NCBI GenBank assembly: GCA_963665765.1
Contig: OY762464.1
Span: forward strand, 1,513,741-1,577,740
Direction of reading: 5' to 3'
From: Acidimicrobiia bacterium
Lineage (GTDB): Bacteria; Actinomycetota; Acidimicrobiia; Spongiisociales; ZC4RG35
DNA: 64,000 bases
A program made the translations under genes and the position numbers. The notes beneath the pieces are model-generated. The model saw only the letters and a program-made list of their open reading frames with translations. It was not told the DNA's origin and ran no database searches. This document shows, piece after piece, positions 37,905 to 48,345 of this stretch (position 1 is the first letter of the stretch; every line of letters starts with the position of its first letter).

Positions 37905-38873
37905 GTGGCGACAATCACCAACATAGAAGCTGTCAGAGCGGATGCGGGGGGCTCGCAAGTCGAGTCCCCCGCATTCAAGAGTCCAAGGTTGCGCTGGAGG
38001 CGGAAGAGCACTCTGGTGGCCTATGCGTTCCTGGCGCCATGGATCATCGGCCTGGTGGTGTTCTACCTGGGGCCGGTGGTCACCTCGGCGGTGCTGTCGT
38101 TCACTGATTACAACATCATCTCTCCGGCGGAGTTCACCGGTTTCGACAATTACGAGAAGATGATCACCGATGGAGAGTTTGTACAAGCCCTGAAGGTGAC
38201 CCTCTACTACACGGTCTTCTTCTTGCTGATGTACGTCGTCCTGTCGCTGTTCGTTGCGATGCTGGCCAACCGGCCGGGACGAGGATCGGGCCTGTTCAGG
38301 TTGATCGTCTTCCTGCCATCCCTGATCCCACTGTTCGCAGCCGCCGTTCTGTGGGGATGGATCTTCAACACCGACTTCGGCCTGATCAACTACCTGCTGG
38401 AGGAGATTGGTCTCCCCCGGCAAGGGTTCTTTCAAAGTCCGCAGCAGGCGTTGCCCTTGGTGGGAATGTTGACCTTCTGGTCAATCGGATCGGCTTTTCT
38501 GGTTTATCTGTCGGGACTGCAGTCCATCCCCATTCACCTGTATGAGGCGATCACCGTCGATGGGGCGTCGGCCGTTCGCAGGTTCTGGCACGTCACTCTC
38601 CCGATGCTGAGCCCGGTGATCTTGTTCAATCTCATCATCGGTATCGTGCTTTCCTTCCAGGTATTCGACATTGCCTGGGTGCTCACTGACGGAGGTCCCG
38701 CCAATCGCACACTCTTCTGGGTGCTGTTGATTTTCCGCCGCGCCTTCCAAGACTTTGAGATGGGATACGCTTCGGCGCTGTCCTGGGTGTTGTTCATCGT
38801 GGTTGCCGGAGTGACCGGGCTGATCTTCCGCACATCACGCTGGTGGGTTCACTACGAAGGCAGATCCCGGTGA
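37905..38873 (+). CDS. Carbohydrate ABC transporter permease (MalF/UgpA-like)
   Basis: 6-TM permease with EAA-type loop; GTG start chosen downstream of the SBP stop. Confidence 0.75.
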   Translation: MATITNIEAVRADAGGSQVESPAFKSPRLRWRRKSTLVAYAFLAPWIIGLVVFYLGPVVTSAVLSFTDYNIISPAEFTGFDNYEKMITDGEFVQALKVTLYYTVFFLLMYVVLSLFVAMLANRPGRGSGLFRLIVFLPSLIPLFAAAVLWGWIFNTDFGLINYLLEEIGLPRQGFFQSPQQALPLVGMLTFWSIGSAFLVYLSGLQSIPIHLYEAITVDGASAVRRFWHVTLPMLSPVILFNLIIGIVLSFQVFDIAWVLTDGGPANRTLFWVLLIFRRAFQDFEMGYASALSWVLFIVVAGVTGLIFRTSRWWVHYEGRSR

Positions 38874-39763
38874 CGGCTTCCAGAACCACGCCGCGCCCGG
38901 TTCCCACCGGGAACCTTGCTCAACGGTTGCAACAGCGGCGCAAAGCCGTGTGGTACCTGAGCATGCTTTTCATAGCCCTGGTGATGATTCTCCCCGTCTA
39001 TTACATGGTCTATCTGGCGTTTTCCGAGCTCGGGAAGGAATTCGTGTTTCCGCCCGGGTTCATACCGGACCCGATCAAATTCGAGAACGTGATCCGGGCG
39101 CCGGAGGGCACCGCCACTCCGCTGTGGGGATTTGCCAAAAACAGCATCCTGTACGCGGGGTTGGGCACTCTGGGAGCGTTGGTAGCCGAATCAATGGCAG
39201 GGTTCGCGCTGGCGCGAATGCGCTTTCCCGGGCGAAACGTGATATTCGCGCTCACGGTGGGCATGCTGATAATGCCGTTCGTGGCGACCATCATCCCCAA
39301 GTTCCTGCTGTTCAGCAAGATCGGCCTGGTCGACACCTACTGGGCGCTGATCCTTCCCTGGTGGTTCGGAGGGTCGCCCTACGGAATCTTTCTGATGCGC
39401 CAGTTCTTTCTGACTATTCCCCGAGAGTTCGACGAGGCCGCCCGCATCGACGGCGCCGGTCCGTGGAGAACCATGTGGTTGGTGCTCATGCCCCAGGCGG
39501 TCCCGGTGCTGGTGGCTTTGGGGATGCTGCACTTCGCCTATTTTTGGAATGATCTGTTGGGCCCACTGGTGTTCTGCCAGACACGGGTTTGCAAGACTCT
39601 GCCCCAGGGCATTCTGTCCAACTACCAGTCGACCTGGGATCCCCAATGGGCACTGTTCATGATGTCCACCGTGCTGATGGTGCTGCCGGTGGCGGTGGTG
39701 TTCATTCTGGCCCAAAGGCGATTCAAGCAGGGGTTTTTGTTCTCGGGACTGGGTGGACGCTGA
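38870..39763 (+). CDS. Carbohydrate ABC transporter permease (MalG/UgpE-like)
   Basis: GTGA start/stop overlap; EAA loop (DEAARIDGAGPWRT). Confidence 0.75.
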   Translation: MTASRTTPRPVPTGNLAQRLQQRRKAVWYLSMLFIALVMILPVYYMVYLAFSELGKEFVFPPGFIPDPIKFENVIRAPEGTATPLWGFAKNSILYAGLGTLGALVAESMAGFALARMRFPGRNVIFALTVGMLIMPFVATIIPKFLLFSKIGLVDTYWALILPWWFGGSPYGIFLMRQFFLTIPREFDEAARIDGAGPWRTMWLVLMPQAVPVLVALGMLHFAYFWNDLLGPLVFCQTRVCKTLPQGILSNYQSTWDPQWALFMMSTVLMVLPVAVVFILAQRRFKQGFLFSGLGGR

Positions 39764-40488
39764 TGCCGCTGCATCTTGGCGCCGTCCTGATCGCCCGGGC
39801 ATGGCCACAACAACACGCTCTCTCGGAGTTCGATCGGTGGCAGCGGACCAAGCATCTTGTGGAACTCGTCGCGTTGCCGGGCGTACATCGGGTTAGCTAC
39901 TACGCCACCCGGACTTCCGACGTTCCCCAAGCCTGGCAGGGAAGCGGAAATCGGATGGCTGCCTACTGGGCGGAGGATCTCGACGGGCTCAAGCGCTGGA
40001 TGTCCGACCCCGGTTTGGCGCTGGCTATCGAGGATGGGAGCCAATTCTTTCACTCGTTCAATGAGTTGGACGAAAGCACCTACACGGGAAATGTTTACCA
40101 GCTCGGGCCCAGGTGGCCGGGGGATCCGCAACCGTCGTTGCAGGGGTGTTTGCTCATGCAGCGATTCGAGGTGGCCGATCATCAAAAGCAAGAGTTCGAC
40201 GATTGGATCATCCGGGAACACCTGCCGGCCCTGCGCAGTATTGCGGGATGGCGGTGGGCCCAATGGGGGAAGGCTGTGAGAGGACTGCCCGTGCAGTACT
40301 ACAACTCTCCGGGGAACCGGGTGGTGCTGGCGGAATTGGACCAACCGAAGGCGCCTGTCCTAACCACCCGGTCGGTCGACCGCGTCCTGGCCGATTCTCT
40401 TCGATGGGATCGGCGCCTCAACTATGTCCGGCGGGAAGTTGACGAGCCCGTCGCCTTTTTCGATAAGCCTCGGGGGGTACCCGCATGA
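39763..40488 (+). CDS. Hypothetical duplicated-domain protein (paralog of 35630-36406)
   Basis: ATG overlaps the permease stop (tgATG) and its stop overlaps the ATPase start; homology to the 35630 gene as described there. Confidence 0.45.
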   Translation: MPLHLGAVLIARAWPQQHALSEFDRWQRTKHLVELVALPGVHRVSYYATRTSDVPQAWQGSGNRMAAYWAEDLDGLKRWMSDPGLALAIEDGSQFFHSFNELDESTYTGNVYQLGPRWPGDPQPSLQGCLLMQRFEVADHQKQEFDDWIIREHLPALRSIAGWRWAQWGKAVRGLPVQYYNSPGNRVVLAELDQPKAPVLTTRSVDRVLADSLRWDRRLNYVRREVDEPVAFFDKPRGVPA

Positions 40489-41705
40489 CCTTTGTAACGC
40501 TGGACAACGTTTGGAAGGTGTATCTAGACGGTACGGTGGCGGTCAACAGCCTCAACCTCACTGTTGAAGAGGGCGAGCTGATGGTATTGGTGGGGCCGTC
40601 AGGCTGTGGAAAGTCGTCCATCCTGAGGATGGTTGCCGGTCTCGAAGAGATATCGGAGGGGTCTTTGTATATCGGAGGGGAGTGGGTGAACGAGGTCTCG
40701 CCGGACAAGCGCAACATCGCCATGGTCTTTCAGAACTACGCCCTTTACCCGCACATGACCGTAGCCGGGAACATGGGATTCAGCCTGAGGCTGCAGCATG
40801 TGGCCAGGGCCATCCGGGACCGGATCGTCGGCGAAACCGCCAACGTGTTGAGCCTGAGCGAACTCTTGAAGAGACAACCGGCTCAACTGAGTGGCGGTCA
40901 GCGACAACGGGTGGCGATGGGACGCGCCATGGTGCGAAACCCGCGGGTCTTTCTGCTGGACGAACCCCTGTCGAACCTGGACGCCAAGTTGCGCACGCAG
41001 ATGCGTTCGGAAGTACGGCAACTGCAGCGCCGTCTCGGTTCGACCATGATTTATGTCACGCACGACCAGGTGGAAGCCATGACTATGGCTGATCGGATTG
41101 CGGTCCTCAGGCGGGGCGTCCTACAGCAGGTCGGCACGCCACGAGAACTCTATTGGGCGCCGGCCAACCTGTTCGTGGCCGATTTCATCGGATCCCCTGC
41201 CATGAACCTGCTCCAAGGACGGTTGGAAGTGAAGGGTGACCGGGTGCAGATGACGTACGGCGAAGGCCGCAGATACCAATTGCCGTCCGGGTTGCTGACC
41301 GGTCCCCCTCGGTCTGATGCTCACGGGAAGGAGTTGATCCTCGGCGTTCGGCCCGAACACCTCACATTCGCCGACAACGGATCGACACTCGGCATACCCG
41401 TGAAGGTGCGGTTCTCCGAGGTGCTGGGGTCCGAAACTCTGGTGCATGTCGATGTTCCCACGCCCACAGTCGTCACCGAGGGCCTTCGGGAAATCGCTCA
41501 GGATATCGACGAGACCGTGCTGAGCCGGTTGGAGACGGCCCGAGAGAGCAGGTTCGTCATCAAGCTGAACGGTGATAGACCGGTTGAGGCCGGCGAGCAC
41601 CTTCATATCGTTGTGAACGAGGACAGCCGACTCTATTTCTTCGATCCGGAGTCGGCAGGAACGCCCGCCTGGTCGTTGAACCTCAAGGAGGAAGATCGTG
41701 AGTGA
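40485..41705 (+). CDS. Sugar ABC transporter ATP-binding protein (MalK/UgpC-like with C-terminal TOBE domain)
   Basis: GPSGCGKS, LSGGQRQR and LLDEPLSNLD motifs with a C-terminal regulatory domain. Confidence 0.85.
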   Translation: MTFVTLDNVWKVYLDGTVAVNSLNLTVEEGELMVLVGPSGCGKSSILRMVAGLEEISEGSLYIGGEWVNEVSPDKRNIAMVFQNYALYPHMTVAGNMGFSLRLQHVARAIRDRIVGETANVLSLSELLKRQPAQLSGGQRQRVAMGRAMVRNPRVFLLDEPLSNLDAKLRTQMRSEVRQLQRRLGSTMIYVTHDQVEAMTMADRIAVLRRGVLQQVGTPRELYWAPANLFVADFIGSPAMNLLQGRLEVKGDRVQMTYGEGRRYQLPSGLLTGPPRSDAHGKELILGVRPEHLTFADNGSTLGIPVKVRFSEVLGSETLVHVDVPTPTVVTEGLREIAQDIDETVLSRLETARESRFVIKLNGDRPVEAGEHLHIVVNEDSRLYFFDPESAGTPAWSLNLKEEDRE

Positions 41706-42717
41706 CCCGAGACCATCGAAGCTCGCTCTGGGCTGCTATCCGCTCGGCGGTGGATACGGGGATCTGGACCCCGAGACGGCACGCGCCACCGTGGACGCGG
41801 CTCTGGACGCCGGCTGGATATTCTTCGATACGGCCGAGGGGTATCTCGATTCGGAAGTGAGGTTGGGGAGATTCTTGGCGGGACGCCGCGACCAGGTGTT
41901 CCTGGCCACCAAGGTGTTTCCCAACGAGCCGTACACCTACGAGAACATGCGGGTCTCCCTGAACAACAGCCTCAGAAAGCTGCGCACCGACCGAATCGAT
42001 CTCCTGCAGTTGCATGGTCCCCCGGACTGGGTGATCACGTTTGATGACGCACCTTCCATGGCCGAGGTGGGGGAGTCCTTGGCGCGGTTGGTGGAAAGCG
42101 GCGACGTGCTCAACGTGGGGGTCTGCAACCTGCCGGTTGCGCTGATGGAGGAGTTGTCCACCACCGTCTCGTTGTTCTCCACCCAGAACCTGTGGTCTCT
42201 CTACGATCAGGTCGGCACGGACGACGGGATCCATCTGCCGGTGGGCGAGTCAATCATCCCTTGGTCCCGGGAGAACGGAGTGCATGTGTTTGCGTTCAGT
42301 CCGCTAGCCCGAGGCCTGCTGGCCGACGGGTTGTCGCCCGACCGTGCCTTTCCCACTCATGATGAGCGGTTCTACCTGCCCCGCTTCCAGCCCGATGTCT
42401 ACCCTGAGTGGGCGCGGCTTTCCAACCGGCTCGAGGGATGGGCTCGCGACCACGGGCGCACCCTGGTGCAGTTGGCGGTGGCCTGGACCCTGGCCACACC
42501 CGGCGTCACCTCCACCCTGATCGGCGCCAAGACACCGCGCCACATCGAGGCCATGGCCGGGGCCGATGAGTGGGACTTGTCAGAGAACCAGCTTCAGGAG
42601 ATAGACGACATCATTGCTACGCTCCCACGCAAGGCAGCTGCCGCCCTGTCCATCGTCTGGGATCATTTCCCCGAGGACGCCGTCCGGGCCATGGCCGACC
42701 GTCGCCACGGCCGGTAA
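41698..42717 (+). CDS. Aldo/keto reductase
   Basis: AKR TIM-barrel motifs (FFDTAEGY, LLQLHGPPDW). Confidence 0.8.
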   Translation: MSDPRPSKLALGCYPLGGGYGDLDPETARATVDAALDAGWIFFDTAEGYLDSEVRLGRFLAGRRDQVFLATKVFPNEPYTYENMRVSLNNSLRKLRTDRIDLLQLHGPPDWVITFDDAPSMAEVGESLARLVESGDVLNVGVCNLPVALMEELSTTVSLFSTQNLWSLYDQVGTDDGIHLPVGESIIPWSRENGVHVFAFSPLARGLLADGLSPDRAFPTHDERFYLPRFQPDVYPEWARLSNRLEGWARDHGRTLVQLAVAWTLATPGVTSTLIGAKTPRHIEAMAGADEWDLSENQLQEIDDIIATLPRKAAAALSIVWDHFPEDAVRAMADRRHGR

Positions 42718-42852
42718 ACCAGACACTCTCACGGTGGCATGCAGGGCGTGTCGGCCTATGCATAACTCAACCGTTGATGCCACTACCACTCAAGATCTGG
42801 ACAAAGCACAGTTACAGTAAGTTGCGAAACCCCCGGCTATGCCCGCAGTATC

Positions 42853-42877
42853 TCTACTCTAAGAATATTAGAGTAGA
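42853..42877. terminator. AT-rich perfect palindrome tctactcta-agaatat-tagagtaga between convergent genes
   Basis: Read directly; lies between the AKR stop (42717) and the minus-strand gene end (42878). Confidence 0.35.
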
Positions 42878-44329
42878 TTATAGAGGCAAATGGGGTTGCT
42901 TCTCTGATAAGACCCAATGCGCCTGCGGATCCCTCGGGGAGTTCCCTACCCACTCAACTAGCCCTAAGGCCTTCAGAGTCTTGACATGACGCAGAATGGT
43001 GGGTCGGGAACGACCGGTGGCGGCCATCAGATCACCCGTGGAGAGCTGTTTTTCAATCCGCATGAGTTGCAACAGATCACGGGCTGTTTTCGGTAGCTGC
43101 CTCTCCCGATCCAGATCGGCTGGATGGGCAAACAAGGTCAAGTGAACTGAGGATGCTCTCTGCTGATATACAGGGTCAACCAGACTCTCCCTCCGCATCC
43201 GGTCGAACATACGACGGATCCCTTCCCCCAACTCCTGACCAAAGCGCATATCTGCACAGACCCGGGCAATGTTGGGATTGCGGGCGTAACGTGTCACTTC
43301 AAAAGGATCTGCTCCCCCAGCTAAGCCGGGAAACCGTCCTGGGCTGTGAACCTCAATGCGGTCATGGAAAACCTCAACGCGAATGTGGTCTCCGGCCATG
43401 CTATATGAGCGATGCACGACTGCGTTCACCAGAGCCTCCGTCCACACTTCTCTCGGAATGATTGGTACAGATTCGAATCTGCCCTGCCCTCTGAAAGCTT
43501 CCCGTGTAGGTATCAAGCTCTCAAGAAGACGACGTGCCTCCTTGATCTGATTGAGCAGGGGTCCATCCACTTGCAGATCTGTTTCCAGTTGCTGGCCGCG
43601 GCCGACGCCCCGGGTAATTCCTCGATATCTCAAGAGGCGCACGCGAGCCTGTGGAAACCATGCTTGCGGTGTCCTCCCGAACAGCAAACCAGCGGCGACT
43701 GTGATCTGCCCAGCCCGATCTACCAGTCCCCTGGCCATCAGCAGGCGCTCTGCGTTAGTGGTGCCCATCGCTGAAACCCAGGACTCCACGGAGCGAACAT
43801 CCAAATCCGTGGAGTTGGCATCAGGTATTGGCGTTGCCTCATAAATGCTCTGGCCCTTTTCGTAGAGCAGCTCTCTTCGCTGATTGAACCGGAGCTTTCG
43901 GGTTTCGTCGCCCACACGTAGATACACGTCGTCGGCGACTGTGGCGTGGACCACATTTGATTTTCTGATGTGGATAACAAACAGATGATCTCTTCCACCT
44001 TCATCGTTGCGACATGCCAACATCTCGGTGGAGATGGGCACAACCGGTAAGGTAAAGTCGATTGCGGCCTGTTGCCAGGATGCCAGCAACTTTGGTCCAG
44101 AACGGTCGATTCCCACCCTGCATTTCTCGGTTGCTTTCTTGCGGTCCTTTTGTAGACCAACCACAATCACCCCCCCGTCAGCATTGGCAAACGCCACCAA
44201 GGCGTTTGCCAGATCTCTCGACGCAACACGCGGGCCCTTGCGCTCGAACCACTGGCCCTCGGGAACCTGGCAGAGCAACAGGCCGCGTTGAGATTCGTTT
44301 GATGACAGTGCTTGCTCGATGTCGATCAC
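42878..44329 (-). CDS. Schlafen/AlbA_2 DNA-binding domain plus HATPase_c_4 ATP-binding domain plus C-terminal HTH protein
   Basis: N-terminal AlbA_2-like region (EGQWFERKG...LVAFANADGG), a central ATPase-like domain, and a C-terminal winged-helix (ILRHVKTLKALGLVEWVG). Lower-GC context. Confidence 0.55.
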   Translation of the reverse strand: MIDIEQALSSNESQRGLLLCQVPEGQWFERKGPRVASRDLANALVAFANADGGVIVVGLQKDRKKATEKCRVGIDRSGPKLLASWQQAAIDFTLPVVPISTEMLACRNDEGGRDHLFVIHIRKSNVVHATVADDVYLRVGDETRKLRFNQRRELLYEKGQSIYEATPIPDANSTDLDVRSVESWVSAMGTTNAERLLMARGLVDRAGQITVAAGLLFGRTPQAWFPQARVRLLRYRGITRGVGRGQQLETDLQVDGPLLNQIKEARRLLESLIPTREAFRGQGRFESVPIIPREVWTEALVNAVVHRSYSMAGDHIRVEVFHDRIEVHSPGRFPGLAGGADPFEVTRYARNPNIARVCADMRFGQELGEGIRRMFDRMRRESLVDPVYQQRASSVHLTLFAHPADLDRERQLPKTARDLLQLMRIEKQLSTGDLMAATGRSRPTILRHVKTLKALGLVEWVGNSPRDPQAHWVLSEKQPHLPL

Positions 44330-44442
44330 TCGGTACCCATACTTCTAGTTCGTGGGCAGGAACCAGACTACCGTACTATACTATAAGCTTTTAATAGTAT
44401 GTTATTCTGACCGGGAGTGGTCATCGTTTTGCTGACCCAATA

Positions 44443-45309
44443 TCAGTCGGCGCGCAACCCAGCCAGAGCCTCGAGGATCTGGTCTCGGACGTAGAGGGTT
44501 TCTGACAGGTTGTCCACCCGGTCGCAGTCCCACTTCTGCATCCGTACGTATTCGGCGGCGATGAATCCGTCGTAGCCCAGGGCAACCAATTTCCGCACTA
44601 GCCGTTGGATGTCGATGGTTCCCTCGTAGGAGATGGCCTGCATCACGCCCTTAGCGGCTTGGCGGACCTGGTGATGCCTCGAGATGGGCAGAAGCGTCTC
44701 GATGCGGTCTTGGGAGATGCCCTGGTAGACGAAATGGGCGAAGTCGAGGCACACCTTGAGGCCCGGCACCTCCGCCACGAACTGGGCGGTGACCTCAGGA
44801 GTCTCGGTGATGGAGCCGATGTGCGGTTCAAACCCCAGTTCCAATCCGGCTTCCTGGGCCACCTCCACCCGCCAGGCCACCTCCTCGGCGGCCAGTCCCC
44901 AGTCCCGAGAGGGGTCGTTTCCTTCAAAGGGGCAACCGGGCAGGATGGTGAGTCCCGGAGATTCGCATACCAGGGTGAACTCCACAAACCGGCGGAAATC
45001 ATCCCGAGCCTTATGGCGCACTTCGGCCGCCGGGTTGTTGGGGGCCGCTGACTGCACGTCGAACACCGGACGGAAGTCGGTGATGACTATAGGAAACACA
45101 TCAGCCACCACCAAGCCCGCCTCACCGACCATGCCTTTTACTCGTCGGCCAACTCCGGTCGGATCGGCGATCACCTCCTCGGCGGAATTGTTGGGATTGC
45201 CCGAGAAGACCGCCACGTCCACCGCGTCGAATTCCAATCCCTTGATGAGAGCAAGATTCACCTCGTAAGGCAGGAGCGGGAAGGAATAGTCGGCGCACGA
45301 AAGCCTCAT
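44443..45309 (-). CDS. Sugar phosphate isomerase/epimerase (xylose-isomerase-like TIM barrel)
   Basis: AP-endonuclease/xylose isomerase TIM fold sequence features. Confidence 0.7.
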   Translation of the reverse strand: MRLSCADYSFPLLPYEVNLALIKGLEFDAVDVAVFSGNPNNSAEEVIADPTGVGRRVKGMVGEAGLVVADVFPIVITDFRPVFDVQSAAPNNPAAEVRHKARDDFRRFVEFTLVCESPGLTILPGCPFEGNDPSRDWGLAAEEVAWRVEVAQEAGLELGFEPHIGSITETPEVTAQFVAEVPGLKVCLDFAHFVYQGISQDRIETLLPISRHHQVRQAAKGVMQAISYEGTIDIQRLVRKLVALGYDGFIAAEYVRMQKWDCDRVDNLSETLYVRDQILEALAGLRAD

Positions 45310-45339
45310 AGTCGTTCCTTTCGGTGGTGGGACGGGCAG

Positions 45340-46782
45340 TTGTCATTAAAGTTAGGCGAACTGATGAGCGGCACCTTTCTACATGGCTCACCTCGTATCG
45401 GCCAACTGTCGGTCTACTTCGGATTGTTCGACGAGGCCATGCCTCCCGAGTTCCGCCGTGACCGGGAAGCCTTGGCGCATCGTTTCACAGAGTTTCTGTC
45501 TGCTGGCGGGGAGGTGGTCTATCCGGGTTTGGTGGACTCCGAGGAGGCTGGGCGTAGAGCTAACGAAGTCTTCGCGGCCGAACAGGTCGAAGTGGTGGTC
45601 TTTGTTCCTGCCATGGCCGCTCCCCCCAGTTACGGCCGGGCGGCGATTTCCGGTCTGGACGTTCCGGTCATCTCGGTGGCCGCTCAGGAACTCACCTCGA
45701 TTCCCGATGCGTACACCACCGAGGAGGGAACCCAGCGCAGCACTCTGGTGGGTCTGGTGATGTTCACCAACGTCATGGCCCGAGAGGGCAAACCGATGGT
45801 CACCATGGTGGGTCGGCTGGAGTCGAAGGAGTTCGCGGCGGAAGTGGCGGAGACTGTCCGGGCAGCGGCGCTGGCCAACCGTCTCCGGGGTTCACGGGTG
45901 GGGACCTTCGGAGCCCCGATCGGCGGGTATCTGGATGTGGAGGCCACCCCCGAAGAGGTAAGTCGGCTGGGTTTGGAGATGGTCCCGGTGTCCCGGGACG
46001 ACCTCAATTCGGCATTTGCCGGAGCATCCGAGGAGAGCGCCCGAGAACTGGTCGACAATCTGCGCCGGCGGTTCGAGGCAGATAAGACCCCTGATGATGT
46101 GCTGCAACGGTCGGCCCGGCTGGCTGTGGCGCTCCGGGACCTTTGCGAGCGCAAGGATCTGGCGGGGGGAACGGTGAACTGTCACGGCGACATGTTTCGC
46201 TGGAATCCCGAGGTGGGGATCACTGCCTGTTTGGGCGTGACCTGTCAGACCGAATCTGGAACGCCTCTATCGTGCACCGGCGATCTTCCCGCTGGGATCG
46301 CCTTGGTGATCGGAAAGGCTGTAGCGGGAGGGTCTTTGTACTGCGAGGTCTATGGCGTGGATTTCCAAGGAGACTGGGTGTTGTTGGCCAACGGTGGCGA
46401 GAGCGATGTGTCGATGGCCGATCCGGCCCGACCCATCACCCTTTTGCCCGAAGACCATTACATGGGTGTGGCAGGTCCGGGCACCGCCATCGTCTTCTCT
46501 CTCCCCACCGGTCCGGCCACTTTGCTCAGCATGTCACCCATCGCGGGGGCAGACGGAGGATGGGCGCTGGTGGTGGGCGAAGGGGAAATCATCGGCTCCC
46601 GGCACGAGGCCATTGAGGGTCCCAACGGGATGTTCCGTTTTTCCTCCGGCCCGGCCCCTGAGGCCTTCCAACGATTCTGCAATGCCGGCGCCACCCATCA
46701 CAGTGTGCTGACTCCCGGTCATCACCTCCGAACCCTGGAGTTGATGTCGCAGTGGATGGGTTTCGAGGTCCGGGCGGTCTGA
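45340..46782 (+). CDS. L-arabinose/L-fucose isomerase family protein (putative)
   Basis: 480-aa size and overall resemblance to the FucI/AraA C-terminal domain family; weak, from memory. Confidence 0.4.
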   Translation: MSLKLGELMSGTFLHGSPRIGQLSVYFGLFDEAMPPEFRRDREALAHRFTEFLSAGGEVVYPGLVDSEEAGRRANEVFAAEQVEVVVFVPAMAAPPSYGRAAISGLDVPVISVAAQELTSIPDAYTTEEGTQRSTLVGLVMFTNVMAREGKPMVTMVGRLESKEFAAEVAETVRAAALANRLRGSRVGTFGAPIGGYLDVEATPEEVSRLGLEMVPVSRDDLNSAFAGASEESARELVDNLRRRFEADKTPDDVLQRSARLAVALRDLCERKDLAGGTVNCHGDMFRWNPEVGITACLGVTCQTESGTPLSCTGDLPAGIALVIGKAVAGGSLYCEVYGVDFQGDWVLLANGGESDVSMADPARPITLLPEDHYMGVAGPGTAIVFSLPTGPATLLSMSPIAGADGGWALVVGEGEIIGSRHEAIEGPNGMFRFSSGPAPEAFQRFCNAGATHHSVLTPGHHLRTLELMSQWMGFEVRAV

Positions 46783-46923
46783 TACCGGCTTCGGCCCGGG
46801 GATTCTCCCCGTCAATTTAACTCTCTCTCCCACCGGAGCGCCGGAGGGTCTGTGCTCTACCATTACCTCATAGGGCTTCCTTGCAGAAGTAGGGGCTGAG
46901 TGGTCCCGGAACAGGAGATAGTG

Positions 46924-48048
46924 ATGCGCATAGCCAAAGTAACTCCAATCTCGGTCGCCTATCCCGAGCCCAACGACTCGGGCGCCACCCGGCACCTCAC
47001 CTTTTGCCGGATCGAGACCACCGATGGGACCGTGGGATGGGGAGAGTCGGTGACCATGTGGCCGGAGGCGTGCCGAGCCACCGAGCAGATCATCTCAGGG
47101 ATGGGGGAACTCATTCTGGGACGGGACGTGGCTGACAACATCGCCATCTGGCGGGAGTTGCGCAAGCACGCCTGGTGGTATGGATATCGGGGCGGGATTT
47201 CTCACTTCGCCCTCTCGGCGATCGACCTGGCCCTGTGGGACCTGAAGGGAAAGGACTTGGGCCAGTCGGTTCTCAGGATGCTGGGCGGGGCCGTCCGGGA
47301 TTCGCTTCCGGCCATTGCCAGCACCCACGCCTTCCTGACCATGGACGAGGAGATCGAAAAACACGGCCGGTGGGTGCAGGAAGACGGTTACCGGGGGGTG
47401 AAGATCGGATTGGGCAAGGCGGGGATAACCCGCCTGGGTTACGATGCCAAACGGGACATCGAATTCATGCGCCGGCTCCGGGAGGCGGTGGGTCCCGATG
47501 CCTGGATCATGCTGGACCGAGGTGTCAACTGCACTTGGGACCTGGAACACGCCATCCGACTGATCCGCGAATGGGAACAGTACGGACTGCGGTGGATGGA
47601 GGAGCCCTTCGAGCCCCGCGAGTACATCAACTACCAGAGACTTCGAGGCGCCGTGAACACCATGCTGGCTTGGGGAGAGCGGGAGTGGGACGAGGACGGC
47701 TACCGCGAGGTGATTGGCACCGGCAACGCCGACGTGTTGGGAGTCGACCCCGGTCGCGTCGGGGGCATCACCGGCTCCCTGCGGATCATTCGCCTGGTGG
47801 AAGAAGCAGGAGTGTGGTTCAACGCCCATGCGTGGAGCAGCGCAGTGGTGACCTCGGCCAGCCTGGCGCTGTCGTTTAGCACGGACCGATGTCTGCTGTT
47901 CGAGTTCAAGCCGATCGAGAATCCGATGCAGCATGAAATGGTCACCAACCCCTTCGTCCATGATCGGGGCACCGTCGGCATCCCGCCGGAGCGGCCCGGT
48001 CTGGGCATCGACGTGCAGGAGAAAGTGATCCACAAATACAAGATGTGA
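46924..48048 (+). CDS. Enolase-superfamily enzyme (mandelate racemase/muconate lactonizing, sugar-acid dehydratase-like)
   Basis: KIGLG Lys motif and metal-binding acidic residues in the barrel domain. Confidence 0.75.
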   Translation: MRIAKVTPISVAYPEPNDSGATRHLTFCRIETTDGTVGWGESVTMWPEACRATEQIISGMGELILGRDVADNIAIWRELRKHAWWYGYRGGISHFALSAIDLALWDLKGKDLGQSVLRMLGGAVRDSLPAIASTHAFLTMDEEIEKHGRWVQEDGYRGVKIGLGKAGITRLGYDAKRDIEFMRRLREAVGPDAWIMLDRGVNCTWDLEHAIRLIREWEQYGLRWMEEPFEPREYINYQRLRGAVNTMLAWGEREWDEDGYREVIGTGNADVLGVDPGRVGGITGSLRIIRLVEEAGVWFNAHAWSSAVVTSASLALSFSTDRCLLFEFKPIENPMQHEMVTNPFVHDRGTVGIPPERPGLGIDVQEKVIHKYKM

Positions 48049-48345
48049 CCTTCGGAGAAGAGCCGGGCGCTTTCTGAAAAGGTCCCTCCGAGACGAAATA
48101 CCGATAGTTCGCGAAACAATTGTTGGCGTGGGGGTGGCCTAATGTCCCAGGGGTGTTGCAGATTGGTAGGTAACCAAACACCTCACGGTCCGTTCCGACG
48201 TCGCTCAGGTCGTTTCCAGGGATCAATCAAAGGGGAACCGCGCTCCGTTCGGGCTGGACGGAGGTCGGGGTTGGTACTTTCCGACCCTTGTACCTAAGGA
48301 CGAGTTCTCGTTCCCTTTGGTTCGGCCTAATTAACATGAAGGACT

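Noticed and set aside
48049-48345. tRNA-like integration target flanking the R-M island
   Set aside because: No convincing tRNA features or direct repeats found by eye; left as unannotated intergenic sequence.
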